Notes: generated from the sequence alone by a model not told the origin. Shown: positions 26,961-41,187, counted from the first letter of the stretch. The stretch: 53,836 bases of DNA from Chara braunii (GCA_003427395.1 BFEA01000004.1:5563706-5617541), one strand, 5' to 3'. Translations and numbers: made by a program.

Positions 26961-27742
26961 TGTGGGGAAAAAAAAAGCGAGTTGGAAGAAAGTTGGGAAG
27001 AAGAGGAAAATGAGGAAGAAGGCATCGTGCTAAGTTTGATGAACATTAGTCAAGCTATGGAAATAGCGTCAGGATATGGTATGGTCGAACCTAGGACGAC
27101 TGAACTTGGTCTATAAGCCTCTTACGCAAGAGCCCGAGTCTAGCGTATTATTGGCCTGATTAGAGTATCAATATTTTTTAAGGGTGGGCTTAAGGAGGGT
27201 TCTCAAAGGCGGTACAAAACAGTAGACAAAAAGAGTAATTTTGTCCACGTTTTGGATAGCAAGGAGCGAGAGGTCTATTATGACCAAGAGAGAGCCTTGA
27301 TTGCCAAAATGCGAAGAAAAGGAGAGGAAGGTATGTGTTGTATCGAAAAGGAAACGAAGAAACAGTTGATCATAGGGGAGTCGGGGTTCCTTACTAAGCG
27401 GGAAAGTTGATGGAGAAGCGGCATGGGGCATATGCATTCAATGATCACCAACGAGGAAGGTTAGACGTCTATAAACTTGAGATGATTTGTATACATACCG
27501 TCCTGCACGAGCCCTGGAACGTGGCGCAAGGTATCCCAACCCCAACGACCAGCGACAACCTATAGGTGGTGGATTACTTGACAGCAACATGCGTTCGAAT
27601 GTGGCAAGGTATTTTAGTGGGCCTTACACCTCACCATTGTTTTGTTTCGATAAACCACCACTACCTTTCACAGACAAACGCAAAGTTCATCTAGTAGCCT
27701 GCTCCTGAAAGCACGGGGGCTCGGGGCAAGGTTGGGGGCCCT

Positions 27743-27779
<37 letters not shown>

Positions 27780-28130
27780 TGAATCCAGGAACGTCAGGGA
27801 AGGCCTTGACGAGGGTGGAAGTTACACTAGTGCTTTGACAAATGTATTTGGCCACTATGTCGAGAAAGGGATTGCAGTTGATTTTTCTTTTTGTTTTTGT
27901 TTTGAATTCCTTGTAGTGGCCTGCCAGCCAGGCAGGGCGTGTTTCACGGGTGACACGTAACTATCTAAGTGTTGTAACATCTTGTATCAACCCTCTATCA
28001 CAGCATAAGGGATGTTTTTTGTTTTGTTTTTTCATTGCTTCTCTGTTTTCTCTTGTACATGCCCTCAATAAGGACACAGTCACACGAGCACCTCATAAAA
28101 TTTATCTGGTGGTTATCAAAGCGTTTGGAA

Positions 28131-28163
<33 letters not shown>

Positions 28164-28229
28164 CGTCGACGAACTGTCCGGCTCGGTAAAACTCGGTGCG
28201 TAGTTAAAATCAGGGTCAGCAAAAATAGA

Positions 28230-29047
28230 CTCGGAGGTAGCGGTGGTTTATGCCCAACGGACCGCTCAGGTGGGTGCAAGACCTACAAAGACTCAATGCA
28301 ATTACGGTTCGAGATGCGGGTGGGTTGCCAAATGTCGACCAATTGTCGAAAACCTGTGCAGGGAGGGCTATTAATAGACCTCAATTCGGGCTGCGACCAA
28401 TTCCTCGTCTACCCCGTTGACCGGCCTATCACTATCATGCCCACACTGCAATGCCTTATTCATATGAATGTGGTCTCTCAGGGTTGGACCAATGCGGTTG
28501 CAATGATCCAACGCATTATGATTTGGGTGATGCAACCGATTAACCTTCAGATAACAGAGTCATACATTGACGACATCGCAGTGAAAGGATCAATACATCG
28601 ACGACCTCGTCGTGAAAGGATCGATGGCAAAAGATGGGATGGAGGTCATTCTTGGGGTCAGGAAGTTTGTCTGACCTGAAAAAAGGTAATCGATTTACTT
28701 CGAGAATATAACCTTACTGCGAGTGGTGTCAAGTATAAGCACTTCATGTGTCAAGCAACAATCTTGAGATTCGTTTGTAATGAGAATGAGAGACGGCCGT
28801 ATGAAAAGAAGACAAACAAAATTCTTAAAATGACTGATCACATTCAAACCATAACCGAGGTGAGGAGCTTCTTGAGCACATATAGGTTTTGGCGAATTTT
28901 TATTTTTTCCTTTGCAACAACTTCGAAAGTTGGTGAGGCAAAATCGAAATTGGGGGTGGGGTGAAAAGCAAGAGATTGCGGTAGCATAACTAAAAAAGAA
29001 TTTAAGGAGGCCAGGCTGGTGCTTGGGGTCCCTGACTATAGTACCAC
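28230..29047 (+). mobile_element. Ty3/Gypsy reverse transcriptase remnant
   Basis: WVQDLQRLNAITVRDAGGLPNVD (one frame), IDLNSGCDQF...MNVVSQGWTNAVA..QR.M...YIDDIAVK, TITEVRSFL....FWRIF, ending VLGVPDYS. Confidence 0.88.
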
Positions 29048-32000
29048 TGTCAGGGCAAATACCCTGACAAGGGTATTTGCCGGGGGGTTTCAACGTCGGA
29101 CACTGTCCGACTCTTTCGTGAATTGAAGGACTTGATGAGACTGATGTTTGTCAAAAGTTTATTCAGACCTGACCTATGACTGAGAGATTTAAAGTTTTCG
29201 AGTTTTAGTCTGGACGCTTGTGGCGTCCGAGTATAACGATAGTAGTTGACAGTGCTCCGCTCTTGTCGAAGACGCAGAGGCGTGTGGTCATGGAAGTGGT
29301 AGAGTTAGACCTATTATAACAGCCGCGCGATTCAGAGCCGAAGTAGGCAAAAAAGAGGGATGCGTCGGGTACAGGGCCGCGACACAGGGGGAATAGGAAG
29401 AAGGGTTTTTTTTCTGGGCCGTGGGGGTTGACATCGAGCCAGAGGGTTGATATGCAAATGTCGAGGTCAAGTGGCCAACCGACGGAGGAGGGTGTGCCAA
29501 CAAAGCCTATTAGGCTTCAGGCAGGCCGGATCTGCAGAGCCTTAGGCAGGCAGGGGGTGCACGTGGCCTGGTAAAACGGCCAGGTACTCCTGGGGGTAAC
29601 GACCTTGGTTCCCCTAGGGGAAAACCAAGGCTCCTAGCTCCTCGCCATTGATTTAGATCAAGGGTCAGTGGCGCTGACGAATTTTGCCTGGTTGTGGGCA
29701 AAGCAACTGCCCACAGTCCTCGGCTGGCTATAAAAGTCAGCACTCCACCCAACAGCCTCACACTTGTGGCAGTGCTGTTGGGCCATTCACCTGAGTGAAT
29801 GCTGGTTGGCTGCTACTATGGGGCGGTGCTGCAAGAGAAGAGGGAGTGTTGCTGGTGGAGTGGAGGTCTGCAAAGAATTGGAAGAGGAGAAGGGAGGCAG
29901 CCATAGCCGAGGTTGGGAGCTCACTGCCCCACCTCTGCGTGGTGCCGCGACTGGTAGGCTGCATCAGGAGTTACGCTATGTGGTGAACGACACACGTTGG
30001 GGCTATGCTGTCGGATTTACCGTGCAGCGTCAACTTTTGTGTGTATGGGGAGATATTGCCCGTCCGACAGCGCAGTAATTGTGGCATTTTTCCAAGGGTT
30101 ATGCTGTTGAAATTTTGATTTGGCGGCGTTTTTTTTAAGGGGAGGTGTTGTCGGGGTTGCCACACGATGCCGACATTTTTTTAATGTGAGTGTAGGGAGG
30201 TGCTGCTCAATCAACGGTGCAGCAACGACAGTGTATCCGGTGGGGTCGTGCTGCCGAAATTGGCGGTCGTGGCAACATTATTTTTGTTGAGGTTATACTG
30301 CCTGGTTGGCGGCACGTCGACGACACTATAATGAGGGAAAACACTGCGTCACAGTGGAGCCGTTTTTTTTTTTTTTGTGATCTGGCGGTGGTGTTGCGGG
30401 GCAGCCATGGTACCGATTGATGGCGTGGTGAGTGATGGACCACCGTTATATGTTTTGTGGCACTGGTGCATATTTAGGACTGTGCAGTGGTGCGTGGACA
30501 GGCGGCATGAAGAGATCGCAGAATGAGTGCACGCGGTGCTGGCTATTGGAGTTGCAGCGCTTGCGGTTGCGCCGGAAGGACATCTTTATTTTTTTGGGCC
30601 TCGCGGCACATGCGGTTGTCAGCCAGGGCCACCTTTATTTTTTTTGCGGCGCGCAGTGCAAGCGGGGTTTGAGTTAGGGACCATCCAGTGCTGCGGCGGT
30701 AGCACAGGACCGTCTGAGACCATTTTTGGAACTAGGTGGGACTGATTTTGAGATCGGGACCGGCATGTTCATGTGGTCATTGTGAGCGGACATGATGATT
30801 TGAGGTGGCATGGACTTGCGGTTGGTTGGGGAAGTGTCCTTGGAGGACGTCGTGCAGTAGGGACTGCGTTGAGACAATCCAGGATGTTGAGGCGACTTGA
30901 GATTGATCATGGGAGCACCCTCTTTGAGGGTTATCTCATTTAGACATCTCAGTGGACCCGACCTTGGTGTGATCGGACACTTGGAGAAGGACATGGACCT
31001 TGATTCATGAGAGATGCCACAACTTGTGGAGTTGTGAGTCGCGTATTCTACGGCGGTCATTTTCTTTTGATCGGAACATTACTCAGACTTTCTTGAGTGA
31101 GCCGGATCAAACTTCACTTAAGGTCAGTCAGCTGAATGACTCAGATTTTCTTTCACGCATGTGTGAACCCACACTTTGCTTGACCCTGTTCATTTTCAAT
31201 GTTCAAAGGAAAGGTAGAGGAAAGTTGTGCGAGTCATGCACGTGAATGAAAAAGTATGACTTGAGTATGAAATTGTATTGTTTTCCTTGCATGACGTGCA
31301 GGTAGGTAAAATTATGCTTGCAAAGGAGGTTGATTGTGTCTACATGGGTTGATGCAAAAAATTGTTTCCTTTCTACCTTCCAGTCTGTCTGCTTGTAAAA
31401 TGAATTCGATTGAAATAAAGCAGAATAAGGTCAAACGGATTTAGTCTTTTTGTAAGCAAGACTCTTTCTATCATGAATGATCTTATCTATCTATACCTGT
31501 CCAAATGATTATCATTTTTTATCTCTTCGTTTTCTTTTCGTCCAAGTTACCTAGAGTTTAGAAAACAAGAACAGTTAAAACCTACTTGCGGTGAACACAT
31601 TCTCTTTTCTCGAGGAAGCATATGGGGCGGGGGTTCGTTGCTTCAGAAGCCGACCATGTTATCGACGCAGAGTGGACCGTTCTACGGGGGGGTACTTTGC
31701 CGAGTTCGGTGGAGATAGCCCGACTTCTGATATCCGAGTCTTGTGCTCGAGCGAGGAGGAGTACCCTAGACCACTTCCTAGAGGGAGAGGCATGCAACAC
31801 TTCAAGCAATGCCCCTGATCAAGAATCATTCAGAAAGCAGTCTGTTATCCAAGAAGATTGAACAAGTATGCGGACAGGTGTGAACGTGCATAATCTTAGG
31901 TTGGCGGTAGGCTGAAATGAATGACTTTGGCAACGCGCCTCATCAAGTCAAGATTGAGGTTGTCCAACTACCATGTTGGCAACATCAATGTTATTTTCGA

Positions 32001-32707
32001 TAGCCAACTCCTTATTGGCGGTTGTTTGATTATTTTGTGGTGTTCGACCTGAGGCGGTCGGATTGTTTTTGATATTGTGTTATTGATGTATCAAATGAAG
32101 ATTTTGATTCTCCCCGTTATCATTTCGGATTAGATATATTCCTGTCGACTACGGTCGATTTTTTTTTATGTAATTATATGTAGATGTTTTAATTTTCTTT
32201 GGACGGTGTGTTTAAGGGACTAGGATGAATTGGGTTTTCACGCTTGGTTGAGACCGTCCTAGTCGACCGGCGTCCGATCCGGACCTAGGAGATCAGCGCC
32301 CTAGGAACGGACGATGTTCGGGTTCGCTTGGCGTTAACCATGCGTATCTATACTACAGCGAATGAGCAAATGCCCGCGGCTGACCTACCTCTACAATTGC
32401 ATCTAAAAACTTTCGTAATAGCTCGGTAGGGATATGCCCCTAAGGTTGGTGACACCCCCTTAGGGAGGGAAAGCTTAGGCCCCGCGGGAACCTATCCTGT
32501 CGTAGGGGACCGCGGGATATACAGTTGGCGCACTCGACTAGAACGGCGAAGGAGCGACGCGACCGCGACCGTCTTGGCGGTTCGTGGGGTTATTTTGCGT
32601 CGTTCCCAAGTTGTCTCTCATTTTCGTTTTGTTTAAACTCCTGCGTGACATGGCCGGGAGGGCTCCCGCTTCACAAAAAAAAAGGTAGGGAGCCGATACG
32701 CTCGACA
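29048..32707. mobile_element. ~3.66 kb nested insertion splitting the Gypsy pol (TGTC...GACA termini, solo-LTR-like)
   Basis: Pol reads VLGVPDYS before 29048 and resumes TMERPFIIETD after 32707. The insert begins TGTC and ends GACA. No clean target-site duplication. Confidence 0.6.
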
Positions 32708-32709
32708 CA

Positions 32710-33094
32710 CACAATGGAAAGACCCTTTATAATCGAAACAGATGCGGAGCCAACTGCATTAGGTGGTGTCTTGATCCAAGAGGACAGTGAGGGGAAGGAG
32801 AGTCCGCTACGATTTGAGAGTCAAATCTTAAATGTGAATGAAAAGAACTACTCTCAGTCCAGGAAAGAGGCGTTGGCGGTCTTGCACTGCCTTCGAGTGT
32901 TTCAACACTATCTATTTGGGTCCCAATTTGTCTTACGATTGGATCTTACAGTTCTGATCGCCTCGATCAAGAACTATGCTCCTACCAGTCTCATTATCGT
33001 CAGATGGTTGATGTATATTTGGATGTTCGACTTTTGGATCGTGCATTTACCCGACGATAAGAATAAGGCGGACAAAGTGAGTAGGGTTGATTGA
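32710..33094 (+). mobile_element. Ty3/Gypsy RNase H remnant
   Basis: RPFIIETDA...LGGVLIQ......PLRFES..LN..EKNYS...KEALAVLHCL..F.HYLFG..F.LR.D. Confidence 0.9.
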
Positions 33095-34792
33095 AAGTCG
33101 AAGGATGTGTCAAAAGAAACGCCCCTCGTAGATGGGTTCATATCAATCCATGGGTCATATACAGTGAACGGCATGATCGTCGAGGCCAACCAATGAGAGA
33201 CCCTCCACTCGGATTTTAACCCCAGCCGAATCTTTTATCGACGACCATGGTGAAAGAATACCCGTGGGAGGAAATGATACCAGATGGATGACAGAGTTGG
33301 CCCTCACGGGGCCAATCAAGTTCACTGTCGAACCAATTACTATTGAAACGGGAGTGCAACTCGTGGACAATCAACTCGCCAGGATGAGAGGAATGTACTA
33401 TCTTGCAAACTCACTTTTGAATATGAAAGCGGTGGTTACGAAACCCGTGGAATAGATCGAATAGGTAGTGAGTTATCCTAGCTAACTACGTTTAGCATGG
33501 ATTGAGTTGTATACGTGTTGTGTATGTGATTGAAACTACCGATAGGGTTGTATGGGTAAAAGTCCAAGGAATGAATGAGGATAGTGAGTCACAAAAATTG
33601 TATTATACTTGATGAGCCTGAGTAGGTAAGAGTCAAAATTATCTGAAAGGGTCTCAGTACATAGTTAGGGGATAAACCAAAGTACTTAGCGGAGAATGAG
33701 GCATAGTACGGAGAAAGACTATTGAGACTCGTGACCACTATAACTTTCATTATGTACATAAACAATGATGGATAATAACTGAGTTGACTTGGGCTACCTC
33801 GAACATTCCCACGTTTTCAGCCTCACGTGTGTTCGGGTGGCCGAGTAGATATGTACGTTGGACTCACTTTGCAAAACGGGTTGAATGAAAGTGTTAGCAA
33901 ATTTCATTTGTCATATGCGAGGATTGAAATAGTGTTCTGTGAGTCTTCATATGGGCTGAGTGAATATGTTGTGCAAGTCTCTGTGTAAGGTTAAATAGGT
34001 TTGTATAGGCGTATGAAATACATCGTGTAAGTGAGTAATGATGTGTAATGTGAGTAGTGATGTGTAAGTGCATTGATTGATTGTTGTTGTTGCCCTCGTC
34101 ACATTGGAAGAGCCGATCACAAGTGGTCAAGACGATCTAAGGGTGAGGAGGAGATCATGATAAATACATCTCATATTTATATGAATGACAATTGTCCAAA
34201 TGACATGTTTCAATTATGAACATTATGTATGGATGTATGAAGCTTGATAAGGATTGTCATAATAAGTGCATCTCATTGTGTGAAATTTCTCACCCTGCTG
34301 ATGAGCCAAAAAAATCAGTCGTATTATGTTTGAAATGGAGGAGAAGTGACAATGTGATTGTAGGTCAAAGGTTCCAACCGCCGAGTGAAGACATCCAGTC
34401 ATCCTCCCAGACGTGAGCGGCAACCTAACGAGGTCTGACTTGACAAAGGCAGTCGTCTGATCCTCCTAGACATGGGCGGATCGTTGACGAAGAGTTTATT
34501 ATTGTATCTAACTCACATAAATGTTTAATATAATAGAAAAGGTCCCTATGGAAACTATTTGCTTAAAATGGAAATGGTTGGAACGTAATTGCTTTCTGAG
34601 GAGTTGAACCAGTGCATGCCCCATCGGACGAGCTTGGGCCCTAAGTATCGGTTATGCCAAAATGTTAGGCCGTAACCCCTAGTGCAGACTGTTGACTTGA
34701 GTAACTAGGCAGCGGACCTTTAAGCTTGGACCAAAGACAAGTATAACTAGTGAGGGGGATCTCCGGTCATACTTAGCCTGGAGACACCCTTG

Positions 34793-35078
34793 AACTGTCA
34801 CTTTGTCAAAATTAACATTTTTTATTTTTTTAAATGAAATTGAAACCGAGTAATCTGACAGAAAACAGGTCCAAATTTTGGCTCATGAGGGTCCGACGTT
34901 CTTAAAACGCATGACCCTCTGCATATACCTGGTTTTGAGCTAAGTCCACATACATCTAGGGATCTCGCGTTTTTATACCAAACTCTCATGAGTGAAAATT
35001 TTGAACTTGTTTTCAGCCAAATTTCTCAGTTTTAATTTCATTATAAAAAAGAAAGTTCATGTTGACGAAATGGCAATT
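34793..35078. repeat. Long imperfect foldback (MITE-like inverted repeat)
   Basis: 34793-34895 is recognisably the reverse complement of 34980-35078, and pairing continues towards the centre. Confidence 0.8.
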
Positions 35079-35569
35079 ATTGGAGAGCAGGGTATAACGG
35101 GAATTGTATGATAGGAAGGATTCAACCTTACCGAATAATCTGCAGGGTGAACATTGTCTTACAAGAAGCCCCCACCATGACCTTCACGCTCTAATTTAAG
35201 GCTCCCATGAGTGTGCTCACTAAGGCCCGCACCATATGCGGTGAATCGCGGATCCTTGATGGCGGTTTATCCGCAGGTGTAGGCTCGATCCTCGGTGGTG
35301 GTTGTTTTTGAAATCTAGTGACCAGAGGGAATGAGGTGGAGCCTTGGGAAGATGTGAAAGAGAAGAGTTGACACCACCTTGGCAATAAAACCGATCATTG
35401 TAGTACGGATCTAGTACCCCCGCTTACCGCAGTGTGCATGTTGAGGCCGCGTGTGAAACTTGGGTTAGAGCATCGACGGCGATAAGAGAAGCTAAGGTGG
35501 AGCCGGCCTTGAACTGTGTCGTTGCCTGGCGCCTGAAGGGATGACAAGGCTCATCAACAAAGGTGTTTA

Positions 35570-35632
35570 TATATAGGAAGTTTTTCATGCCCGGTCGGGC
35601 ATCCGGATGTGACGCCCGGGGTACCCGGATGT

Positions 35633-35673
<41 letters not shown>

Positions 35674-36058
35674 TTCTGCGCTCTCCTAGAGGACCCAAAA
35701 TCCGGGCTTGCTTCATTTTTTGAGAGTTGGCTGTCAGAGGGGGGAGAGGGGGGTATAAATTGTTCTTAAAGGGGCGAAGAGTGGTTAAAGGGGGGTCTAT
35801 TAGTGTGATTTTTTTTTTTCTCCAACTTTGTGAGGAATTTTGATGTGACCCTCATCCAAAAGTGGTTTGTATTGGAATTCTACACAACATATATTTTTTT
35901 TCTGGAATTTTTTTACTTTCGTTCTTTTTTTTTTTTTTTTTTGGGTGGGGGGGCTGGCCGGAACCCTGCCTGGGGGTCATGCCCGACCGGACACCTGGGC
36001 GTGTATCCGGGCACAAGTTGGGTGCCCGGGCACCCAGGAAAACAACCTAGGTTTATAT
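35570..36058. mobile_element. Probable MITE with GC-rich CCCGG-type inverted subterminal repeats
   Basis: atgcccggtcgggcat (35588) versus atgcccgaccggacac (35979), weakly inverted ends, and internal poly-A / poly-T tracts. Confidence 0.45.
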
Positions 36059-36772
36059 TGCATTTTGGTTTCCTGAGCGACGAGGACGTTGCTCAATGAG
36101 TTTCAGGAAGCCGTCAGAACAGATACCCTTAGAAGGGTATCTATTCACATACACATTTTAGGCTGCCTAACCGACACAAGGTTCGGGAGGGTTCTCGGGT
36201 CGTCGCAGCACGCCTGAAGGTCAAGGCAAGTCATCGTGCCACCATGCTAAGTTTTTTCCAAGTGCCCCAATCAGTCGCTGGGGGTGGTGCCTTGACTTGG
36301 TCGCAAGGACCACCTCTTTTGTTTTAGTCGAAATGCAGGCGGTCTAATTGGTTCGCGTCCATTGTTTTTTATTTTATTTTTATTATGATTTTTTATTTTT
36401 AATTTTTCATACTTTTGCTATATTTTCATCTCATTACTATTATTATTACCGTTATTACCGTCCGAGACACTATTGCTATCGGATCCCAGCGTATTACCCC
36501 GCCGTGGAATGGGGCGGCGACGAAGGAGTTAGGAGTCGTGGGTTGTAGGCTAGAGGAACCGGTACGGGCGGAGCAAGTGCGAATGGAGGTCGGCCGAGCT
36601 GTTGGACATTTGAATTTGGGCTAGGTTTGTATGATCGGTTGGTGGGCGGGTCAAGGGTAGGTGAGTTTGGCATGACCGATGGAGGTAATTGTTTGGTCTA
36701 GTCGAAGTGGCTTTTTGCTCTGGCCCCTGAAGAAGCCTATGGTGGCGTCAATGAGCCTGGTTCACTTGACGA

Positions 36773-36840
36773 GAACCAATGAGCTTTAGCTCAATTGGTA
36801 CACTCACAAACTGTTGAAATATAGATCCAGATTCAAATTT
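36773..36840 (+). mobile_element. tRNA-derived SINE-like head (same family, diverged)
   Basis: gaaccaatgagctttagctcaattggtacactcacaaactgttgaaatatagatccagattcaaat. Confidence 0.55.
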
Positions 36841-39800
36841 ATATACAGTTAGATGACCATAATAAAATGATTGTAAATTACATGAGGTTGGGCGAATCCA
36901 CTGAATATCTGAGGAGTATCGTCTTGACCTTGATCATTGGGTCATGGAGAGGAGCAACATTCTTTTGCATTTGGTTGTCGAATGTCTAGTCCATCACCAG
37001 AGGAACCGATACTGCGGTCATTCCGCCATAAACCCCCCCCAAAAAGGGTGCTTTTGGTGACTCGTACCCATCGTCACTCGCATGATGTGAATAGTGATGG
37101 GGATCTAAACATCACGAGGAATCTCTTTCGTGATGCATCTCACTAGACCCCCAAAAGATCATTCCAAGGTCCCAGGTAAACAAGTGTAGTAAGCTGCTTA
37201 ATAAGAAAATCCATGATGAGTATTTGGTCCGACACAAGAATCCGGGACTTGTTTATAGTATCCATGTAGCTCCTCCTTACTTGCAGCGGAATTATGGGTT
37301 GCTGGTCTGATTGGGCGACCATGTAGATCACGTAAAAACAAGTGAGCTTAAAAATTCAGCACCCTAAGCCACATTCCGCACTTCACCATTACATGGGCGA
37401 GCTACCACGCGTTTCCCTTTTATGTCGCAACAACAATGAAACGCCCTTTGATCATTCACCTCTTGTGCAACAAGTAAGAATTGCCCTATGTGAGCTGGTA
37501 GCTCAGCATGGATACACCCACCTAAGAGCGGTGACAATTCCTCAGGCGGAGGCAGGTTATACCCCTCGACGCTCTGTTCTGTCGCAGGGAGTCGAGGGAA
37601 GTATAGCTGGCTCACTCGGCCGGAGCGGTACCCTGCTCATTGCATGTCCAAGTTGAAGGCGGTTACATCTTGTGTGACATGGCGAGGAGGACCCTTGGTG
37701 CGCACACACCCCGCACAAACGCGCATTTGGGTCGATGCGCCCGACAACGAGGCTACCTCTCATCCCATCCTCGCGTCAATACCTCTAATGCACCCCCTCT
37801 CGCCACTCTTAATCAAAGTTATCACTATGAACCATTGCGGGTCAGCCTCTCTCATTTCGCCATCATGTATTATAGTAAGGAAACGGAAAAAATATTAGCA
37901 AGGAAATTCTCATTACGATACACACCAGTACCTCCGCCACTACGTGGTCATGGGGTGTTAACGTCAACGCGCCGTGATTTTCGAGGGCTGGGAACCGTTG
38001 AGATTTTCCATGAACGATCTAAGTTGCAGTGCGGGCCCTGCGGCTGTGTAGTGGCGGAGGCACCAATGGCTTAAGCTTGTGGCTCAGTGTTTAGGGCACT
38101 AGTTGTCAATACGCATTGTGAAATGATGTTGTGGGTTCAGAACTCCGCACCTCTGCACAGACATACCGACGGGCATTATTTGACGTTTTTTTTTGCAAGT
38201 TGCACCAGTGCAGCTTCTTCCAGTTGACGGCGCACTCGAGGGTGAGAGTTGAGTCCTTGCCCGGGTGAGCAGCGCGCGCGGGGTATCGACAACGAGGTGC
38301 AACCATGCGTGGCCTAGCGGGACGCGGTGTGGTAGGTCAGCGGAACGCGCGGCCCTTAGTTTTTATATACTACCTCGCGTTTATATTTATTATTATTATT
38401 ATTATTTTATTATTATTACTTTTATTATTATTATTATTGGACGTTGAAGTCTGTGACAGCCATCAAAGTCAAACCTCTTGACTTTTCTCAAGGCCCTGGA
38501 TAATGGAGCTTGGCTTCATGGCCATAAAGGGTTGACTGCCACCACAGGCCGAAACCTGTGTATCACCCACTCGACGCAGGGTGTAGAAAAGGGTGTGGTT
38601 CTCAACCGTCGTGGCGGTTATGTAGCGTCGAGAGATTAACCCCTTAAGGCGCGTGTCATCCGACACTTGCATGTCGAATGCGACCCTCGATATCATCAAG
38701 GACCACACGATTATGGGTACAACATAGTATGCCATCATTGCGACTGCTTGCGAATGTTTGCATGGCTAATCAATATGAGAAAGCCTTGCATCCGTGTAGT
38801 TTTATATTAAGTCATGCGCGTGATGCCTAAACGATTTCCGTAGCAGAAGGTTATGGGTTGGATACTGAAGGGACTAAGAGTGTTTTGTTTCGTGTGAGTG
38901 ATCTGACTTTTTGTTTTGGCGTGGTGTAATGCGTGGTAAAAATGACGCATCGTAGTCGACCGATGATGACTCGCGCTTGGGACTTCAGCCTCCCAGCGCG
39001 TCGGCTTACGTACGGGTCCGATAGAGGTGTGGAACCACGCGTACCCCTTATGCTACAGCATACGAGAAAATGCCCTCGGCTGGTCCACCTCTGCGATTGC
39101 ATGTAAAAACTTTCATATTGTGGACTGGTAGCTCGGCGGGGATACGCCCACCTAAGGGATGGTGACAGCTCCCGCAGGTGGAGGTAAGTTGTACCTCACG
39201 TGCCCCTATCCTGTCGTAGGGGTTCGCGAGAGGTATGGCTGGCACACTTGGTCAAAGCGGCAACACTCTACGACTAAAGTCCTGTCGAATGTTGTGTGAC
39301 CACCCAAGGGATCATCCATGGTGTTGTATGTTGGGTCCTGGCCTATGAGGGGTTGCCTGATACATTTAGCGGTCTAATGGGGATGTAGGTACGAGTTTGT
39401 GGTTAGACTGCTCATGTGTGTTGGTTACCTTAGGCTCTGCTATGGGGGGGTAAGGACCTTAGGGCGGATGGGGTCCGTTTGGGGGAGCGTTAGCTTGGGA
39501 CAAGCTCTGCTGGAGGATATCGGTAGGGAACCTACAGTAGGGGATTGCCTTAAGGGACCTGGTAAGAGGGGTGTTAGTGGACAGACTCTGGTGGAGGAAA
39601 CCGTTGGGAAACCTGCGGTAGAGGCTGTCAGAGGCGGATCCTCCAAGATACGAAGGTTTGTAGATAGGTAACTGTCATGGGTTAAAAAACCGACCTCTAC
39701 AACACCCAGGACTTAAAAAAAGAAAAAAAAAAGGAAAGAACTTCATTTCTCTCCCATTGACTTCCATTGATTGCTTAAAAAAAAAAAAAAAAAAAAAAAG

Positions 39801-41154
39801 TCTCTCCCATTTACTTCCATTCTCTCTAGACCGCTGTTGGTGGGCAGCATCCCCTCCTCGTAGCAAACTCTGATCATCTTTCTGACACGTTCTTCCTCTG
39901 GCCGATAGTCACTTTGAACTTGGGCGCTTGCATCCCTGTCTCCTTCTGTAGCTGGACCTTGTTCCACGAGAGGTGGTTAACGGAGGCCCTAATTTTCAGA
40001 CAACTTGTCAGGCCATTTATAACAAAATCCAATAGTCAAACTTGCCACCAAGTCATAGAGTAGAGACCATAGTTACTAACTGCAAAAAAAAAAAAAAAAA
40101 AAACCTATAAAACAGCAAGGCAAAAGTGCACTTTCATGCAAATTTTCCCAACATTTAGTTTCAGAAATCTTAGCAGAGGAAATTCCAATGCTCCAAATGA
40201 GACCAAATTTGGTACACAACAACCTTGAACCAAAACAAAAACAGGCAAAAAAAAAAAAAACGCATAAAATTTGACCCCCAAACCCAAATTTCAATTTTGG
40301 ACCTGTTAGTCAGGAGCTGAAACTGGGGGTCCCCGTTAACCATGTGCGGGTTCCGCCTCCATCTTCGTGACTCCGTTCACCTGCTCCTGGTACCAGGGAG
40401 ATGTATCTACTTCGCACACAAGGCCTACACTTGCAACCAATTCGTGAGTAACACAACAACACGTGGCAGGGAGGCACGGTTAAGGATGAAATTCTAGTTG
40501 CTGGTATCATCGGCTATGCGCCATTCGCCATAGTTCGGGTTGGATCCCACAGGCCCGCAGTAGCTTTGCGCCTAGAAAACATCCGCCAGCACAAATCATG
40601 GCCGTCAGGAATGGGCAAGAGAAAAGGGAGTTCACTGCCACAACATATTTCCGCATGTCAGCGGGTTTAGGTTACCAGATCAGGAAGACTTGCCCTTTCA
40701 GGCAAGTGTGCCTCCTCTTTTTCAGAACGTCCAATCCCTATGCCTCCTTTCCGCACGGGATGGCTGAATCAAGAGGGGAGCCTGGGGCCTACCATGTTCT
40801 TTTGGCGCAATATTTTGGAAATTGGAGTGCCACGGAGGAATTTCCCATGTTGACGCTATGTGGAAACGTCCTCCCAAAGTTTTCCAAGCCCCTCCCCCTA
40901 CGGCCTGTGGGGTCTGAAAAAATCCCTCAGCGCCTATCCATATGCCTTTTTTTTTTTTTTTTTTAAACCACCAGTACCTCGCCCTGCTATTGAGTCCGAG
41001 CCTCGGCCGACCGGTATGTTGAGCCTTGCCGAGGCTCGGAACTACTGGTTCTTCACTTCCCAGGCCTAGCGCGAGAAAAAAACGGGAACAAAAACTAGGA
41101 AAAAAATAGAAAAAGCAAAAAGAAAAAAAAATAAAGCTGTTATTTCTGTTGGCG

Positions 41155-41187
<33 letters not shown>

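Noticed and set aside
31582-31861. Host gene exon inside the nested insertion
   Set aside because: No recognisable domain or consistent splice structure.
36720-36760. Hammerhead ribozyme (CTGAAGA-GCC...GGC); similar candidates at ~10700, ~34300 and ~48470-48510 (-)
   Set aside because: No correctly placed GAAA and stems I/III. I also saw no hammerhead core in the PLE terminal repeats by eye.
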